Assembly (NCBI GenBank): GCA_039808285.1 | Contig: JBDHSQ010000003.1 | Coordinates: 6,249-70,248, forward strand | DNA length: 64,000 nt | Source of the DNA: Paracoccaceae bacterium | GTDB lineage: Bacteria > Pseudomonadota > Alphaproteobacteria > Rhodobacterales > Rhodobacteraceae | Reading direction: 5' to 3' | Shown: piece after piece, positions 30,464 to 39,817 of the stretch | How positions within the stretch are numbered: position 1 is the first letter of the stretch | Layout of the letters: each line of letters begins with the position of its first letter | Notes under the pieces: generated by a model | Database searches by the model: none | What the model was told of the DNA's origin: nothing | What the model saw: only the letters and a program-made list of their open reading frames with translations | Program-made: the position numbers and the translations under genes

Positions 30464-31153
30464 ATGCATGCAGCCTATCTCAAGCCGGTGGAACCGTCAG
30501 AGGCCGCGATCCGGCTTCGTCCGGCCGATCGCCGGTTCGGCCCGGAGCCGATCCGGCGGCGCATCCGGCAGGGCCAACCCTTGTTTCACGAAGGCGACCA
30601 TGCCGAATATGTCTACAGGATCGTTTCCGGCGTCGTGCGCCTGACGCGAATGCAGCAGGACGGCCGGCGGCAGGTGATCTCGTTCGGCTTTCCGGGCGAT
30701 CTCGTCGGCCTTCCCGACGATGACCGCCATACGACAGAGTGCGAGGCGATCACCGCCTGCGACGTTGTGGCGCACCGCTGCCCACACCCGACCGGTTCCG
30801 ACCGGAACCCGGAGATGCAGCGGTTCCTGATGGACGCGGCGTTGCAGGAGATCCGCGCCTTGCAGGATCATTTCCTGCTTCTGGGACGCAGGCTGGCGCT
30901 TGAGAAGACCGCCGCATTCCTCGTGCTGCTTCTTGACCGCCTTTCCGAACCGCTGGGGAAATGCCGCGCGATCCGGATGCCGATGAACCGCACCGATATC
31001 GCCGACTACCTGGGGCTGACACCGGAAACCGTCAGCCGTTCGTTCACCGAACTGCGCGGGCGGCGGGCTCTGGCGCTCGACGATGCCAATACCGTCATCG
31101 TCCTCGACCCGGCTCAGCTTTCCGCCATCGCCGAAGGCGGCGCCGAGGCGTGA
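30464..31153 (+). CDS. Crp/Fnr family transcriptional regulator (no N-terminal Cys cluster visible)
   Basis: cNMP-binding-like barrel (LFHEGDHAEYVYRIVSGVVRL) and a C-terminal HTH (RTDIADYLGLTPETVSRSFTELR). ATG at 30464; an upstream GTG at 30452 is possible. Confidence 0.85.
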   Translation: MHAAYLKPVEPSEAAIRLRPADRRFGPEPIRRRIRQGQPLFHEGDHAEYVYRIVSGVVRLTRMQQDGRRQVISFGFPGDLVGLPDDDRHTTECEAITACDVVAHRCPHPTGSDRNPEMQRFLMDAALQEIRALQDHFLLLGRRLALEKTAAFLVLLLDRLSEPLGKCRAIRMPMNRTDIADYLGLTPETVSRSFTELRGRRALALDDANTVIVLDPAQLSAIAEGGAEA

Positions 31154-31272
31154 GGCGGGCGCACCGCCCCAGGCGCCGTTATCGCTAAACCATGCGACCG
31201 CATCCGGGCTTGGACAAGCCGGGGTTTGGCGCTAATCGTTACGCATATTGCGCCGCGGGAGGGATTTCGGGC

Positions 31273-32301
31273 ATGAACGGGCAGGTCGGATCGCGCCGGA
31301 CACTCACGCTCAGGGATGTCTCCGAGGCTTCGGGCGTCTCCGAGATGACGGTGAGCCGGGTCTTGCGCAACCGCGGCGACGTCTCGGAATCGACCCGCGA
31401 GCGGGTGCTGGAGGCGGCGCGCAGGCTCGGCTACGTGCCCAACAAGATCGCCGGGGCGCTCGCCTCGCAGCGGGTCAACCTCGTGGCCGTGATCGTGCCC
31501 TCGCTCTCGAACCTCGTCTTTCCCGAGGTGCTGAGCGGCATTTCCGAGGAACTGGAGGACAGCGGCCTCCAGCCGGTCTTCGGCGTGACGAACTATTCGG
31601 CCGAGCGCGAGGAGGCGGTGCTTTACGAAATGCTGTCGTGGCGGCCCTCCGGCGTGATCATCGCCGGGCTCGAGCACAGCGATGCGGCACGCGCCATGCT
31701 CCAGAACGCCGGCATCCCCATCGTCGAGATCATGGACGTGGATGGCGAGGCGATCGATTCCGTCGTCGGCATCTCGCACCGGCGGGCGGGGCTGGAGATG
31801 GCGCGGGCGATCGTCCGGGCGGGCTACCGGCGGATCGGCTTTCTCGGCACCAAGATGCCGCACGACCACCGGGCGCGGAAGCGGATGGAGGGGTTCGAGG
31901 CGGGGCTGGCAGAGGCCGGGCTGGAGCTTGCGGACCGCGAGTTCTATTCGGGCGGATCGGCGCTCCTGAAGGGGCGGGAGATGACAGAGGCGATCCTGAA
32001 GCGGACGCCGGACCTCGATTTTCTCTATTACTCCAATGACATGATCGGCGCCGGCGGGCTTCTCTACTGCCTCGACAAGGGGATCGGGGTGCCCGAAAGG
32101 CTGGGCCTTGCCGGGTTCAACGGCGTCGACCTTCTGGACGGATTGCCGCGGCGGCTCGCCACGATGGACGCCTGCCGCCGGGAAATCGGGCGGCGGGCGG
32201 CGGCGATCATCGCCGGGCACAGCGAAACCGGGCTGATCGGCGGCGAGCGGGTGGAACTGACGCCGGTCCTGCAACCGGGCGACACGATCCGGGTGGCCTG
32301 A
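31273..32301 (+). CDS. LacI family transcriptional regulator
   Basis: ATG at 31273. The N-terminal HTH is TLRDVSEASGVSEMTVSRVLRNRGDVSESTRERVLEAARRLGYVPN, followed by a periplasmic-binding-protein-like effector domain. Confidence 0.88.
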   Translation: MNGQVGSRRTLTLRDVSEASGVSEMTVSRVLRNRGDVSESTRERVLEAARRLGYVPNKIAGALASQRVNLVAVIVPSLSNLVFPEVLSGISEELEDSGLQPVFGVTNYSAEREEAVLYEMLSWRPSGVIIAGLEHSDAARAMLQNAGIPIVEIMDVDGEAIDSVVGISHRRAGLEMARAIVRAGYRRIGFLGTKMPHDHRARKRMEGFEAGLAEAGLELADREFYSGGSALLKGREMTEAILKRTPDLDFLYYSNDMIGAGGLLYCLDKGIGVPERLGLAGFNGVDLLDGLPRRLATMDACRREIGRRAAAIIAGHSETGLIGGERVELTPVLQPGDTIRVA

Positions 32302-32311
32302 ACGACGCGCG

Positions 32312-33064
32312 TCAGGCGCGGCGCAGGATGTAGATGTCCATGATCCAGCCGTGACGGTCGCGCGCAGCGGCGCGCGCGGCGACGATGCGGGCCGCGGTTT
32401 CGGACAATGGGCCGGAGAGGATCAGTTCGTTCTCCATGCCGACATAGGCGCCCCACCAGATCGTCACGCGCTCGGGCGGGATTGCCCGGAACGAGCATTC
32501 GCCGTCGAGCATGACCGCGACGGTGCGCACCCCGGCGGGCCAGCCGTGGTCGCGCAGTTGCCGGCCCGTGGTGACGATGAAGGGATCACCGACGTCGTTC
32601 AGCGGAATCGCATGGGAGGCGGTCAGGGCCTGAAGCGAGGTGATCCCCGGCACCACCCGCACCGTCAGCGGCAGGCTCTGCCCCACGCGGCCGGCGATGC
32701 GCAGCGTGCTATCATAGAGCGACGGGTCGCCCCAGACAAGGAGCGCTACCCGGCCGTCGGGCCCGAGTTCGGCAAGAACAGTGTCTTTCCAGACCGCAGC
32801 AATCGCGTCGTGCCAGTCGTCGACGCCGGCGCGGTAGCTGGGGTTGGCCGCATCGCGCACCGGCAGGTCGAACTCGGCGATCCGCACCGCCGTGTTCGTC
32901 AGCACCTCTGCGCAGATCGACCGGCGCAACTCGGCCAGATCGGCCTTGGTTTCGCCCTTGCGCGGGATCAGCACAAGATCGGAGGCGTTCAGCGCCTTGA
33001 TCGCCTGAAGCGTCAGGTGGTCGGGGTTGCCGGTGCCAATGCCGATGAGGTGAAGTTCGATCAT
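32312..33064 (-). CDS. cobF: Precorrin-6A synthase (deacetylating), aerobic pathway
   Basis: MIELHLIGIGTGNPDHLTLQAIKALNASDLVLIP is a tetrapyrrole-methylase N-terminus of CobF type. ATG at 33064; the ORF-track start at 33082 is a TTG. Confidence 0.82.
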   Translation of the reverse strand: MIELHLIGIGTGNPDHLTLQAIKALNASDLVLIPRKGETKADLAELRRSICAEVLTNTAVRIAEFDLPVRDAANPSYRAGVDDWHDAIAAVWKDTVLAELGPDGRVALLVWGDPSLYDSTLRIAGRVGQSLPLTVRVVPGITSLQALTASHAIPLNDVGDPFIVTTGRQLRDHGWPAGVRTVAVMLDGECSFRAIPPERVTIWWGAYVGMENELILSGPLSETAARIVAARAAARDRHGWIMDIYILRRA

Positions 33065-33130
33065 GGGGTGCTTGTTCAACAAAACGGCGCGGCCCGCAAG
33101 CGCGGCCGCGCCGGATGTCTGGCGGATGGT

Positions 33131-33808
33131 TCAGGCGGCCCGGTGCAGGCGATGCTCGAACAGCCGGCCGCCGGTCAGGTCGCGCAGCGACTTCGCGGCG
33201 GCAAGCACGGCAAGGTCGGCCAGCGGCTCGATCAGCACGACCATCATGTAGGCCGCGCCGAAGCTGGCGACCGCAGCGATGTTGGCGGCGCCGAAGCCCT
33301 GGCCGTAGAAGGCCCAGAAGCCGACCCAGGCGACGACCCCGGCCTGATAGGTGGTCGAAAGCGCCAGCGCGTGGGCGTAGCGCAGATCGACATAGGCGGT
33401 GTCGGGCGCGATGATCCGCTGCGCCAGCATCCGGAGCGCGAAGAGCGGGACCAGAAGCGTGGTGACGTTCATGCCGTATTGCGGCAGGTCGAAGGGCGCG
33501 AAGAACAGGCCCTGGACCAGCAGGCCGAGCGCAAGACCCAGCGCCGCGGGCGCTGCCCCGAACAGCAGGAAGAGCGTCGAGCCGAGGATGAAATGCACCT
33601 CGGACACGCCGACGGGGAAGTGCGGCAGGATCTGGAAGAAGGTGAAGACCAGCCCGGTGGTCACGGCTGTCCGGCCGGCGAAGGGCGCAAGGCCTGTTGC
33701 GGCGGCGGTCTTGACGCATTCCCTGAGGGTGACGGCACCTGCGGCGGCTGCGGTCGCATAGCCCAGCATGATCTTCGCGCCATCAACGATACCCGGTTCG
33801 ATATGCAT
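33131..33808 (-). CDS. CbiM/NikM-like membrane protein (solitary ECF S-component-like; putative Co uptake component)
   Basis: ATG at 33808 preceded by AAGGAGA. 225 aa and multi-TM. The N-terminus MHIEPGIV resembles the metal-ligating Met-His N-terminus of CbiM/NikM. It is the third gene behind a B12 riboswitch. Confidence 0.65.
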   Translation of the reverse strand: MHIEPGIVDGAKIMLGYATAAAAGAVTLRECVKTAAATGLAPFAGRTAVTTGLVFTFFQILPHFPVGVSEVHFILGSTLFLLFGAAPAALGLALGLLVQGLFFAPFDLPQYGMNVTTLLVPLFALRMLAQRIIAPDTAYVDLRYAHALALSTTYQAGVVAWVGFWAFYGQGFGAANIAAVASFGAAYMMVVLIEPLADLAVLAAAKSLRDLTGGRLFEHRLHRAA

Positions 33809-33873
33809 GGTAGTCTCCTTGAAGGATGGTTGTGTGCACCGGGGCCGCCAGCCTGGCGCCCGCGGCAATTCGT

Positions 33874-34608
33874 TCATGCGGGGGTCTTCGACCAGAGCCG
33901 TCCGGCCAGCCAGCCGAGCGTGGCCCAGGCCACGAAGCCGACCCCGAGGACACGCGCCGCGAACTCAGCCGCAAGCTCCGGCGGGGCGACGCCGTAGAAC
34001 TGGTCCAGGTGCGGCGCGCCGATGACATGCGGCGCGGCCAGAAGCGCGCCGCCCAGCGCCGAGATCAGGGCCGTGCGCCCGTAGCCGAGAAGCGCGAGCC
34101 CTCCGCCAGTGGCGACAACGGTGCCAAGCCACCACATCTGCCGTGCACCAAGATCAGCGGCGATCGCCCCCGGCAGTTCCGGCGCAAGACCCATCGCCGG
34201 GGCAAGCTGAAAGGCGGCGAAACCGGCAAGGCCCCAGAGCACACCTTCGCCCGGCGAGACCGTCCGGCCGAACTGTTCGGCGATGGCGAACCCCGCCACG
34301 AGCAGGATGCCGTAGGACGCATAGATCAGCGTCGTGAACAGCACCGTCAGCGCATTGCGCTGGAAGGCGCTTTCCGCACCGGCATCGGCGGCGGCATGGT
34401 CATGCGCTCCAGCGGCTTCGCCGGCCGCATGGTCGTGCCCTGTCGTCGCCGGAGCGGTCCCGGATGCTTCGAAATGCACCAGCGCGCCCGATTCATATTG
34501 CTCGCCCAGAAGGATCAGCTCCTGGACGAACGCGAAATGCAGCAGGGCCGCAAGCAGCCCCGCTGCAAAGCCGGCGATGACGCCGCCGGCCAGCATGCGT
34601 TTGATCAT
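33874..34608 (-). CDS. cbtA: Cobalt transporter subunit CbtA
   Basis: 244 aa and multi-TM with a His-rich loop (TTGHDHAAGEAAGAHDHAAAD). It sits directly after cbtB under a cobalamin riboswitch. Confidence 0.82.
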   Translation of the reverse strand: MIKRMLAGGVIAGFAAGLLAALLHFAFVQELILLGEQYESGALVHFEASGTAPATTGHDHAAGEAAGAHDHAAADAGAESAFQRNALTVLFTTLIYASYGILLVAGFAIAEQFGRTVSPGEGVLWGLAGFAAFQLAPAMGLAPELPGAIAADLGARQMWWLGTVVATGGGLALLGYGRTALISALGGALLAAPHVIGAPHLDQFYGVAPPELAAEFAARVLGVGFVAWATLGWLAGRLWSKTPA

Positions 34609-34629
34609 GAGGTCAGACCGCCTGCCCGC

Positions 34630-34800
34630 TCAGTGGCAGGGAAAGCCGGTCGCGTGGCGCATGTCGTGCGCGGCGTCGTGCAGCGTCGCCGACTGGGCGT
34701 GGCCCGCCACGAAGAGGACGGTGGCGCCGATCAGCGCCACGAAGACGATCGAAAGGGCGGCCGAACCGGTCTTGGCGGCGGATTTGGTGATCGCGGTCAT
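34630..34800 (-). CDS. cbtB: Cobalt transporter subunit CbtB (small single-TM His-rich protein)
   Basis: ATG at 34800 preceded by GGGAGAAG. 56 aa with one TM and a C-terminal HDAAHDMRHATGFPCH. Confidence 0.8.
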   Translation of the reverse strand: MTAITKSAAKTGSAALSIVFVALIGATVLFVAGHAQSATLHDAAHDMRHATGFPCH

Positions 34801-34849
34801 GTTCTTCTCCCTGCCGTCACACCCGACGGCGTTCGCGTTGCCTTGCTCG

Positions 34850-35040
34850 CATGGCCGGTCTCCTGACTCGCGGGTCTCAGCGGCTTTTCCGCCTTCCCGG
34901 GGCCGGTGCCCCAGTGGCATCTGGAAAGCCGCTCGCCGCTTACAGTCGCGGGGGCGGTTGAGGCTTCGGGTGCCGCCTTTGGTCCACCCTACCCCATTCC
35001 CGTTTCAGTCCGGGCGCTTTGCGCCTGCCGGACACCATAC
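34850..35040 (-). promoter_or_regulatory. Cobalamin (AdoCbl) riboswitch upstream of cbtB
   Basis: Conserved blocks on the minus strand: AAACGGGAA (34997-35005), CCCCCGCGACTGTAAG (34939-34954), GCCACTG (34912-34918), GGGAAGGC (34891-34898) and B12-box AGTCAGGAGACCGGCC (34853-34868). Confidence 0.9.
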
Positions 35041-35069
35041 GCCGCAACCTTCGGGCAATCGGCCGGCCG

Positions 35070-35075
35070 GGTCAA
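35070..35075 (-). promoter_or_regulatory. Candidate -35 box (TTGACC) for the riboswitch-cbtB transcript
   Basis: TTGACC-N17-GAAGGT lies just upstream of the predicted P1 helix. The -10 is weak. Confidence 0.3.
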
Positions 35076-35112
35076 GGCGGAATGCGGCGCAAACACGCCC
35101 GGGAGCGACCGG

Positions 35113-35436
35113 TCAGCCGGGAATCCGCGCCAGTGCCTTTTCGCGCAGCGCCCCGATCGGGCGGGCATCGGCGAGGTTGCCGTCCGGGGCCGCTTCGTAG
35201 AGCTTCAGGAACACGATCAGATCCGCCACATCCGCGGCGCCGGCGTCACCGAAGAGATACGCGGTCTTGCCCGGCGCGCGCACGGCAACGGTCGAAGGGC
35301 GTGTGCAGCCCGACATGCAGTCAACCTCGCCGACCCGAACGGAAAGGCCAGCCGCCTCGATCGCCGTGCGAATCGCCGATGCGAAGCCTGCGCCTCCGGC
35401 CGGGCAGGATCGGCAGACCGTGACGACGGTTTCCAT
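35113..35436 (-). CDS. DUF1636-like four-Cys (thioredoxin-like/ferredoxin-like) protein, copy B
   Basis: ATG at 35436 (GGAAGG upstream). 107 aa with VCRSC...DCMSGC and a C-terminal ARIP. It is a paralogue of 48036..48398 and the last gene after cobA. Confidence 0.75.
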   Translation of the reverse strand: METVVTVCRSCPAGGAGFASAIRTAIEAAGLSVRVGEVDCMSGCTRPSTVAVRAPGKTAYLFGDAGAADVADLIVFLKLYEAAPDGNLADARPIGALREKALARIPG

Positions 35437-35441
35437 TCCCG

Positions 35442-36161
35442 TCAACCTTCCGCCAGTGGGCCGACGAGGATCAGCGCCGGCCCGTCGCCGGCCTCCGACT
35501 CGATCAGCGACTGCATCGAGCCGAGCGTGCCGCGGACCAGCTTTTGTGCCGGGGTAGAGACGCTTTCGGCCAGAAGCGCTGGCGTCTCCGGAGGCAGGCC
35601 CGCATCCCGCAACCGGCGGGAAAGTTCGGCGAAGGTGCGCTTGCCCATGAAAATGACCGTCGTCGCCGTCGGGTCGGCAAGCGCGCCGAGGTTCAGGTCT
35701 TCGGGCAGGGCGCCGGTCGCGTCGTGGCCGGTGACGAACTGGACCCGCCGCGCCGTCAGTCGACGGGTCAACGGGATTCCGGCCGCCGCCGCCGCCGCCA
35801 TCGCCGAGGTCACGCCGGGCACGATCTCGTAGCCGATGCCGGCCGCGCGGCAGGCGGTGATCTCTTCCTCCAGCCGGCCGAAAAGGCCGCAGTCGCCGGA
35901 CTTCAGCCGCACCACCCTTGCGGCGGTGGCGGCGTAGTCCACCAGCAGGCGGTTGACATGGTCCTGTTTCGCCGAGGGCCGACCGGCACGCTTTCCCACA
36001 CCGACGAGATCGGCCCCCGGCCGGGCATGGGCGAGGATGGGGCCTGACGAAAGATCGTCGAAAAGGACCACGTCCGCCGTCTTCAGCCGTTCGACGGCGC
36101 GCAGCGTCAGAAGCTCGGGATCGCCGGGGCCGGAGGATACGAAGCTGACAAAGCCGGTCAT
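35442..36161 (-). CDS. cobA: Uroporphyrinogen-III C-methyltransferase (SUMT)
   Basis: FVSSGPGDPELLTLRAVERLKTADVVLFD, RLKSGD and VPGVTSAMAAAA are tetrapyrrole methylase motifs. 239 aa. ATGA overlap with cobB. Confidence 0.9.
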   Translation of the reverse strand: MTGFVSFVSSGPGDPELLTLRAVERLKTADVVLFDDLSSGPILAHARPGADLVGVGKRAGRPSAKQDHVNRLLVDYAATAARVVRLKSGDCGLFGRLEEEITACRAAGIGYEIVPGVTSAMAAAAAAGIPLTRRLTARRVQFVTGHDATGALPEDLNLGALADPTATTVIFMGKRTFAELSRRLRDAGLPPETPALLAESVSTPAQKLVRGTLGSMQSLIESEAGDGPALILVGPLAEG

Positions 36162-37468
36162 GTCGCCTCCGCGATCAGATGAAAGAAGGTGCCGGTGGCG
36201 TAGCCCCGGCGCGATCCGGTCTCGGGCACCGCCTCGCCGGTTGCATCCACGACGTGCGCAAGCGGCATATCGGGCTGATCAAGGATCGTCGAGTAGTGAA
36301 ACTCGTGGCCGCGCAGGCGGGCACCGGGCCCGTGGCCGGGAATCCGGGCGGCGAGCTCCGCCAGCCGGTAGCCCAGGTGCATCCGGCGCTTCTCGAACGA
36401 GGTAACGAGACCGAGGAGCCCGGCCATCTCGTGCCGGTGCCCGTCGCGGTCGACGATCGCCGCGCCCATTGCCATGTAGCCGCCGCATTCGCCATGAACC
36501 GGCCGCGTCTCGGCGAAACGCCTCAGACCGAGCCGGAACCTTCCGGCCGAGGCGAGAGCGGGGCCATGCAGTTCCGGATAGCCGCCGGCCAGCCAGCAGC
36601 AGTCGGCATCCATGTCCGGCGCCTCGTCGGCAAGCGGCGAGAAGGGAAGGATTTCGGCGCCCGCACGCCGCCAGCCGTCGACGAGGTGCGGATAGACAAA
36701 GGAGAATGCCGCATCGCGGGCCAGCGCGATCCGTTGCCCCGGCGGGGTCACGCGGCGGGGAGCCTGCGCCGCAAGACGGGTCGCGCCGGCGGCTGCGCGC
36801 AGCGCCTGGAGATCGAGACTGGCGGCAACGAACGCCCCTGCCTCGGCGACGATCGCATCGAGTTCGGGTGTCTCCTCGGCCTGGAGAAGGCCCAGGTGGC
36901 GCTCGGGCACAGAGATTGCGGGGTTGCGCGGCAGGGCGCCGAAGACGGTGATGCCCGCAGCCTCCATGCCCGCCCGCACCAGCGCTTCGTGCCGGGGCGA
37001 CGCGACGCGGTTCAGCACCACGCCGGCGAGCGTTACCCCGGGCCGCATCGTGGCAAAGCCGCGCGCCACTGCCGCCGCGGACTGCGCCTGCCCCGAGACA
37101 TCGAGGACGAGGAGCACCGGCCAGCCGGTCAGTGCGGCAAGGTCGGCCGAGGCGCCGGTGCCGGTCTCACCCGGGCGCGCCACTCCGTCGAAAAGGCCCA
37201 TCGACCCTTCCGCCAGCACCAGATCCGCCGCCGCCGCCGCCGCGATGTGGCCGGCGATTTCTGCCCCGCCCATCGCCCAACTGTCGAGGTTGAGCGAGGC
37301 TCGGCCCGAGGCGGCACGGTGAAAAGCGGGGTCGATGTAGTCCGGCCCGCTCTTGAACGGCTGCACGACAAGGCCCGCCGCGCGAAAGGCGGCGAGCAGG
37401 CCCAGCATGACGGTCGTCTTGCCGGTGCCGGAAGCGGGAGCGGAGATGATCAGGCCGGGCGGGATCAT
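36158..37468 (-). CDS. cobB: Cobyrinate a,c-diamide synthase
   Basis: 436 aa with the N-terminal [18 protein letters not shown]-loop and a C-terminal GATase with HGECGGYM. Confidence 0.9.
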   Translation of the reverse strand: MIPPGLIISAPASGTGKTTVMLGLLAAFRAAGLVVQPFKSGPDYIDPAFHRAASGRASLNLDSWAMGGAEIAGHIAAAAAADLVLAEGSMGLFDGVARPGETGTGASADLAALTGWPVLLVLDVSGQAQSAAAVARGFATMRPGVTLAGVVLNRVASPRHEALVRAGMEAAGITVFGALPRNPAISVPERHLGLLQAEETPELDAIVAEAGAFVAASLDLQALRAAAGATRLAAQAPRRVTPPGQRIALARDAAFSFVYPHLVDGWRRAGAEILPFSPLADEAPDMDADCCWLAGGYPELHGPALASAGRFRLGLRRFAETRPVHGECGGYMAMGAAIVDRDGHRHEMAGLLGLVTSFEKRRMHLGYRLAELAARIPGHGPGARLRGHEFHYSTILDQPDMPLAHVVDATGEAVPETGSRRGYATGTFFHLIAEAT

Positions 37469-38247
37469 TGGCCTTCGGGGAACCTCGGATGGGTGCCGAC
37501 GGGACGGTAGCGGCGGTCATAGTCGCCAGCATAGAGCCTGCTTTCGCCGAATTCCTCGGCGCCGATGGAGCGGCCGACGAAGATCAGCGCGGTGCGCTCC
37601 ATCTCCGCCCCGACGGCGGTCTGAAGGGTGCCGAGCGTCGTCCGGACGACGCGCTCGTCGGGCCAGGAGGCGCGCCAGATCACGGCAACCGGACAGTCCT
37701 CCCCATAATGCGGCGCAAGCTCGGCGACGACCCTGTCGAGGACATGGACCGAGAGGTGGATCGCCAGCACCGCGCCGGTCCGGGCGAAGTTCTCCAGCGT
37801 CTCGCCGGGGGGCATGGCGGTCGCGCGCCCCGAGGTGCGGGTCAGGACAACCGACTGGACGACGCCCGGCAACGTTAGCTCCGCGCCGAGCGCCGCCGCG
37901 CCCGCTGCAAAGGAGGGAACGCCCGGCGTCACGTCATAGGGAATGCCGAGCGCGCGCAGACGGCGAAGCTGTTCGCCCATCGCCGACCAGACCGAAAGGT
38001 CGCCGGAATGCAGCCGGGCGACGTCCTGGCCGGCAGCATGAGCCGCCGCGATCTCGGTGACGATCTCGTCGAGCGACAGCGGCGCGGTATTGACGATCCT
38101 TGCACCCGGAGGGCAATGCGCCAGCACCGCCTCGGGCACGAGCGAGCCGGCATAGAGGCAGACCGGGCTGGCCGCGATCAGGTCGCGCCCCCGGAGTGTC
38201 AGCAGGTCGGCCGCGCCGGGCCCCGCGCCGATGAAATGCACCGTCAT
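37465..38247 (-). CDS. cobM: Precorrin-4 C11-methyltransferase
   Basis: [20 protein letters not shown]...[17 protein letters not shown] and [12 protein letters not shown]. 260 aa. Confidence 0.9.
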   Translation of the reverse strand: MTVHFIGAGPGAADLLTLRGRDLIAASPVCLYAGSLVPEAVLAHCPPGARIVNTAPLSLDEIVTEIAAAHAAGQDVARLHSGDLSVWSAMGEQLRRLRALGIPYDVTPGVPSFAAGAAALGAELTLPGVVQSVVLTRTSGRATAMPPGETLENFARTGAVLAIHLSVHVLDRVVAELAPHYGEDCPVAVIWRASWPDERVVRTTLGTLQTAVGAEMERTALIFVGRSIGAEEFGESRLYAGDYDRRYRPVGTHPRFPEGQ

Positions 38248-38621
38248 TCGTCCATCCTTTCCGCAATTGCCGCCGTTGCCAGCCCGTCGCCCGAGACCAC
38301 GCGCGGCCCGAGAAGCCGTGCGCCGGGCCCCGCGCCGGCAAGGGCCGCCGCCTCGGCGAGCGATCCCGCCCCGAACCTTGCCGCGACGCGTGCCGACTGC
38401 GTCATCGTGGGCTGGAGTTCAAGCCCTTCCCGCGCCACGCCGAGGACGGGAAGCTGCATCGCTTCGGCAAAGGCGCGGAATACCGGGCTCGCCGCCTTGT
38501 CGGTCGCGGTTGCCAACCGGTCCGCCCCGCCGCCGGCACGGCGAAGCGCGTCCTTCAGCGAGGTCACGGTCGCCGCCGACCTGAATCCGAAACCCGCCAC
38601 CCTCACTTCACCACGCTCCAT
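38244..38621 (-). CDS. cobE: Cobalamin biosynthesis protein CobE (CbiG C-terminal-domain-like)
   Basis: 125 aa. [15 protein letters not shown]...ATATDKA... is a CobE/CbiG_C pattern. It sits between cobL and cobM. An alternative GTG at 38606 gives a GTGA overlap with the cobL stop. Confidence 0.75.
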   Translation of the reverse strand: MERGEVRVAGFGFRSAATVTSLKDALRRAGGGADRLATATDKAASPVFRAFAEAMQLPVLGVAREGLELQPTMTQSARVAARFGAGSLAEAAALAGAGPGARLLGPRVVSGDGLATAAIAERMDE

Positions 38622-39817
38622 TGCACGACCGGGCGGGCCGGGCGCCAGCCGTGCCTGCCCCCAAGGGGTTCGGCCGAGGCAATCTCGAACCGCATCAACG
38701 TTCCGCCGCGTATGCCGTGGCAGGATGCCAGAAGCGCCTCGGATTCGAGCGTGACCGCATTGACGACAAGCCGTGCGCCCACCGGCATTGCGCCCCAGAT
38801 CGTCTCGATTCCGGCCGAATCCGCGCCTCCGCCGATGAAGACGGCATCAGGCGCAGGAAGATCGCGCACGGCCGCCGGCCAGCCGCCCTCGGTCACCGTC
38901 AGCCGGTGCGACAGGCCGAAGGTTCCGGCGTTGCGGCGGATGTTCGCCGCGCGGTCCGCCCGTGCCTCCACCGCCAGCGCCCGGGCCCCCACCGCCGCAA
39001 GGCACCATTCGACCGAGATGGAGCCCGACCCGGCGCCCAGATCCCACAGCACCTCTCCCGGACGCGGCGCCAGCGCCGACAGCGTCAGCGCGCGGACCGG
39101 CCGCTTGGTGATCTGGCCGTCGTGGGCAAAGAGATCGTCGGGCAGGCCAGACGCCCGCGGCAGGCCGGCAGCCCCCGCCGTCTCGATCGCGACCGCAACC
39201 GGATGGGCTATGCCGGCCAGCCCGAACCGCTCCGCACTGGCGGTCCGCACGCGTTCTTGCGGACCTCCCAGCGCCTCGAGCACGATGAGCCGCGACGGGC
39301 CGAAACCGCGTTCGGTCAGCCATCCGGCCAGTGCCCCGGGCGCGTCGCCATCACGCAGAAGACAGATCACCCGCACCCCGCGGCCCAGGACCGGCACCAG
39401 CCGTTCGAACGGTGCGGCGTGAAGCCCGAGGCAGAGCGTCTCCTCCAGCCGCCAGCCCAGCCGCGCTGCGACGAGCGAAAAGGTGGAAGGTGCGGGATGA
39501 CACAGCCATTCGTCGGTGTCGAGATGAGCGGCAAGGCTTCCCCCGGCGCCATGCCAGAACGGGTCGCCGGAGGCAAGAACGACAACCTTGCGGCCCCTTT
39601 CGGCAAGGACAGGGTCGATCCGGAACGGCACAGGCCAGTCTCGGCCGCGGTCGGCAACGCCTGCAAGCGCGAGATGGCGCGCGCCCCCGAACACTACGTC
39701 GGCACGCAGCAGCGCCGTCCGGCTTGCCTCCGACAGGCCCGCCGGTCCATCTTCGCCCAGACCGATGATCGTCAGCCAGGGATCACCCAAGATGCGCGTC
39801 CTTCTCCTCGGCGGCAC
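38603..39817 (-). CDS. cobL: Precorrin-6Y C5,15-methyltransferase (decarboxylating)
   Basis: PWLTIIGLGEDGPAGL N-terminus (CbiE part) and the SAM-MTase motif VLWDLGAGSGSISVEW (CbiT part). The GTG at 39817 overlaps the divergent cobK start; an alternative TTG is at 39790. Confidence 0.85.
   Translation of the reverse strand: MPPRRRTRILGDPWLTIIGLGEDGPAGLSEASRTALLRADVVFGGARHLALAGVADRGRDWPVPFRIDPVLAERGRKVVVLASGDPFWHGAGGSLAAHLDTDEWLCHPAPSTFSLVAARLGWRLEETLCLGLHAAPFERLVPVLGRGVRVICLLRDGDAPGALAGWLTERGFGPSRLIVLEALGGPQERVRTASAERFGLAGIAHPVAVAIETAGAAGLPRASGLPDDLFAHDGQITKRPVRALTLSALAPRPGEVLWDLGAGSGSISVEWCLAAVGARALAVEARADRAANIRRNAGTFGLSHRLTVTEGGWPAAVRDLPAPDAVFIGGGADSAGIETIWGAMPVGARLVVNAVTLESEALLASCHGIRGGTLMRFEIASAEPLGGRHGWRPARPVVQWSVVK

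Noticed and set aside
31154-31272. Possible LacI-type operator (CGTTATCGCTAA / GCTAATCGTTACG) upstream of the LacI-family gene.
   Set aside because: The two sequences share half-site-like words, but neither is a true palindrome and they are not inverted copies of each other. The evidence is too weak.
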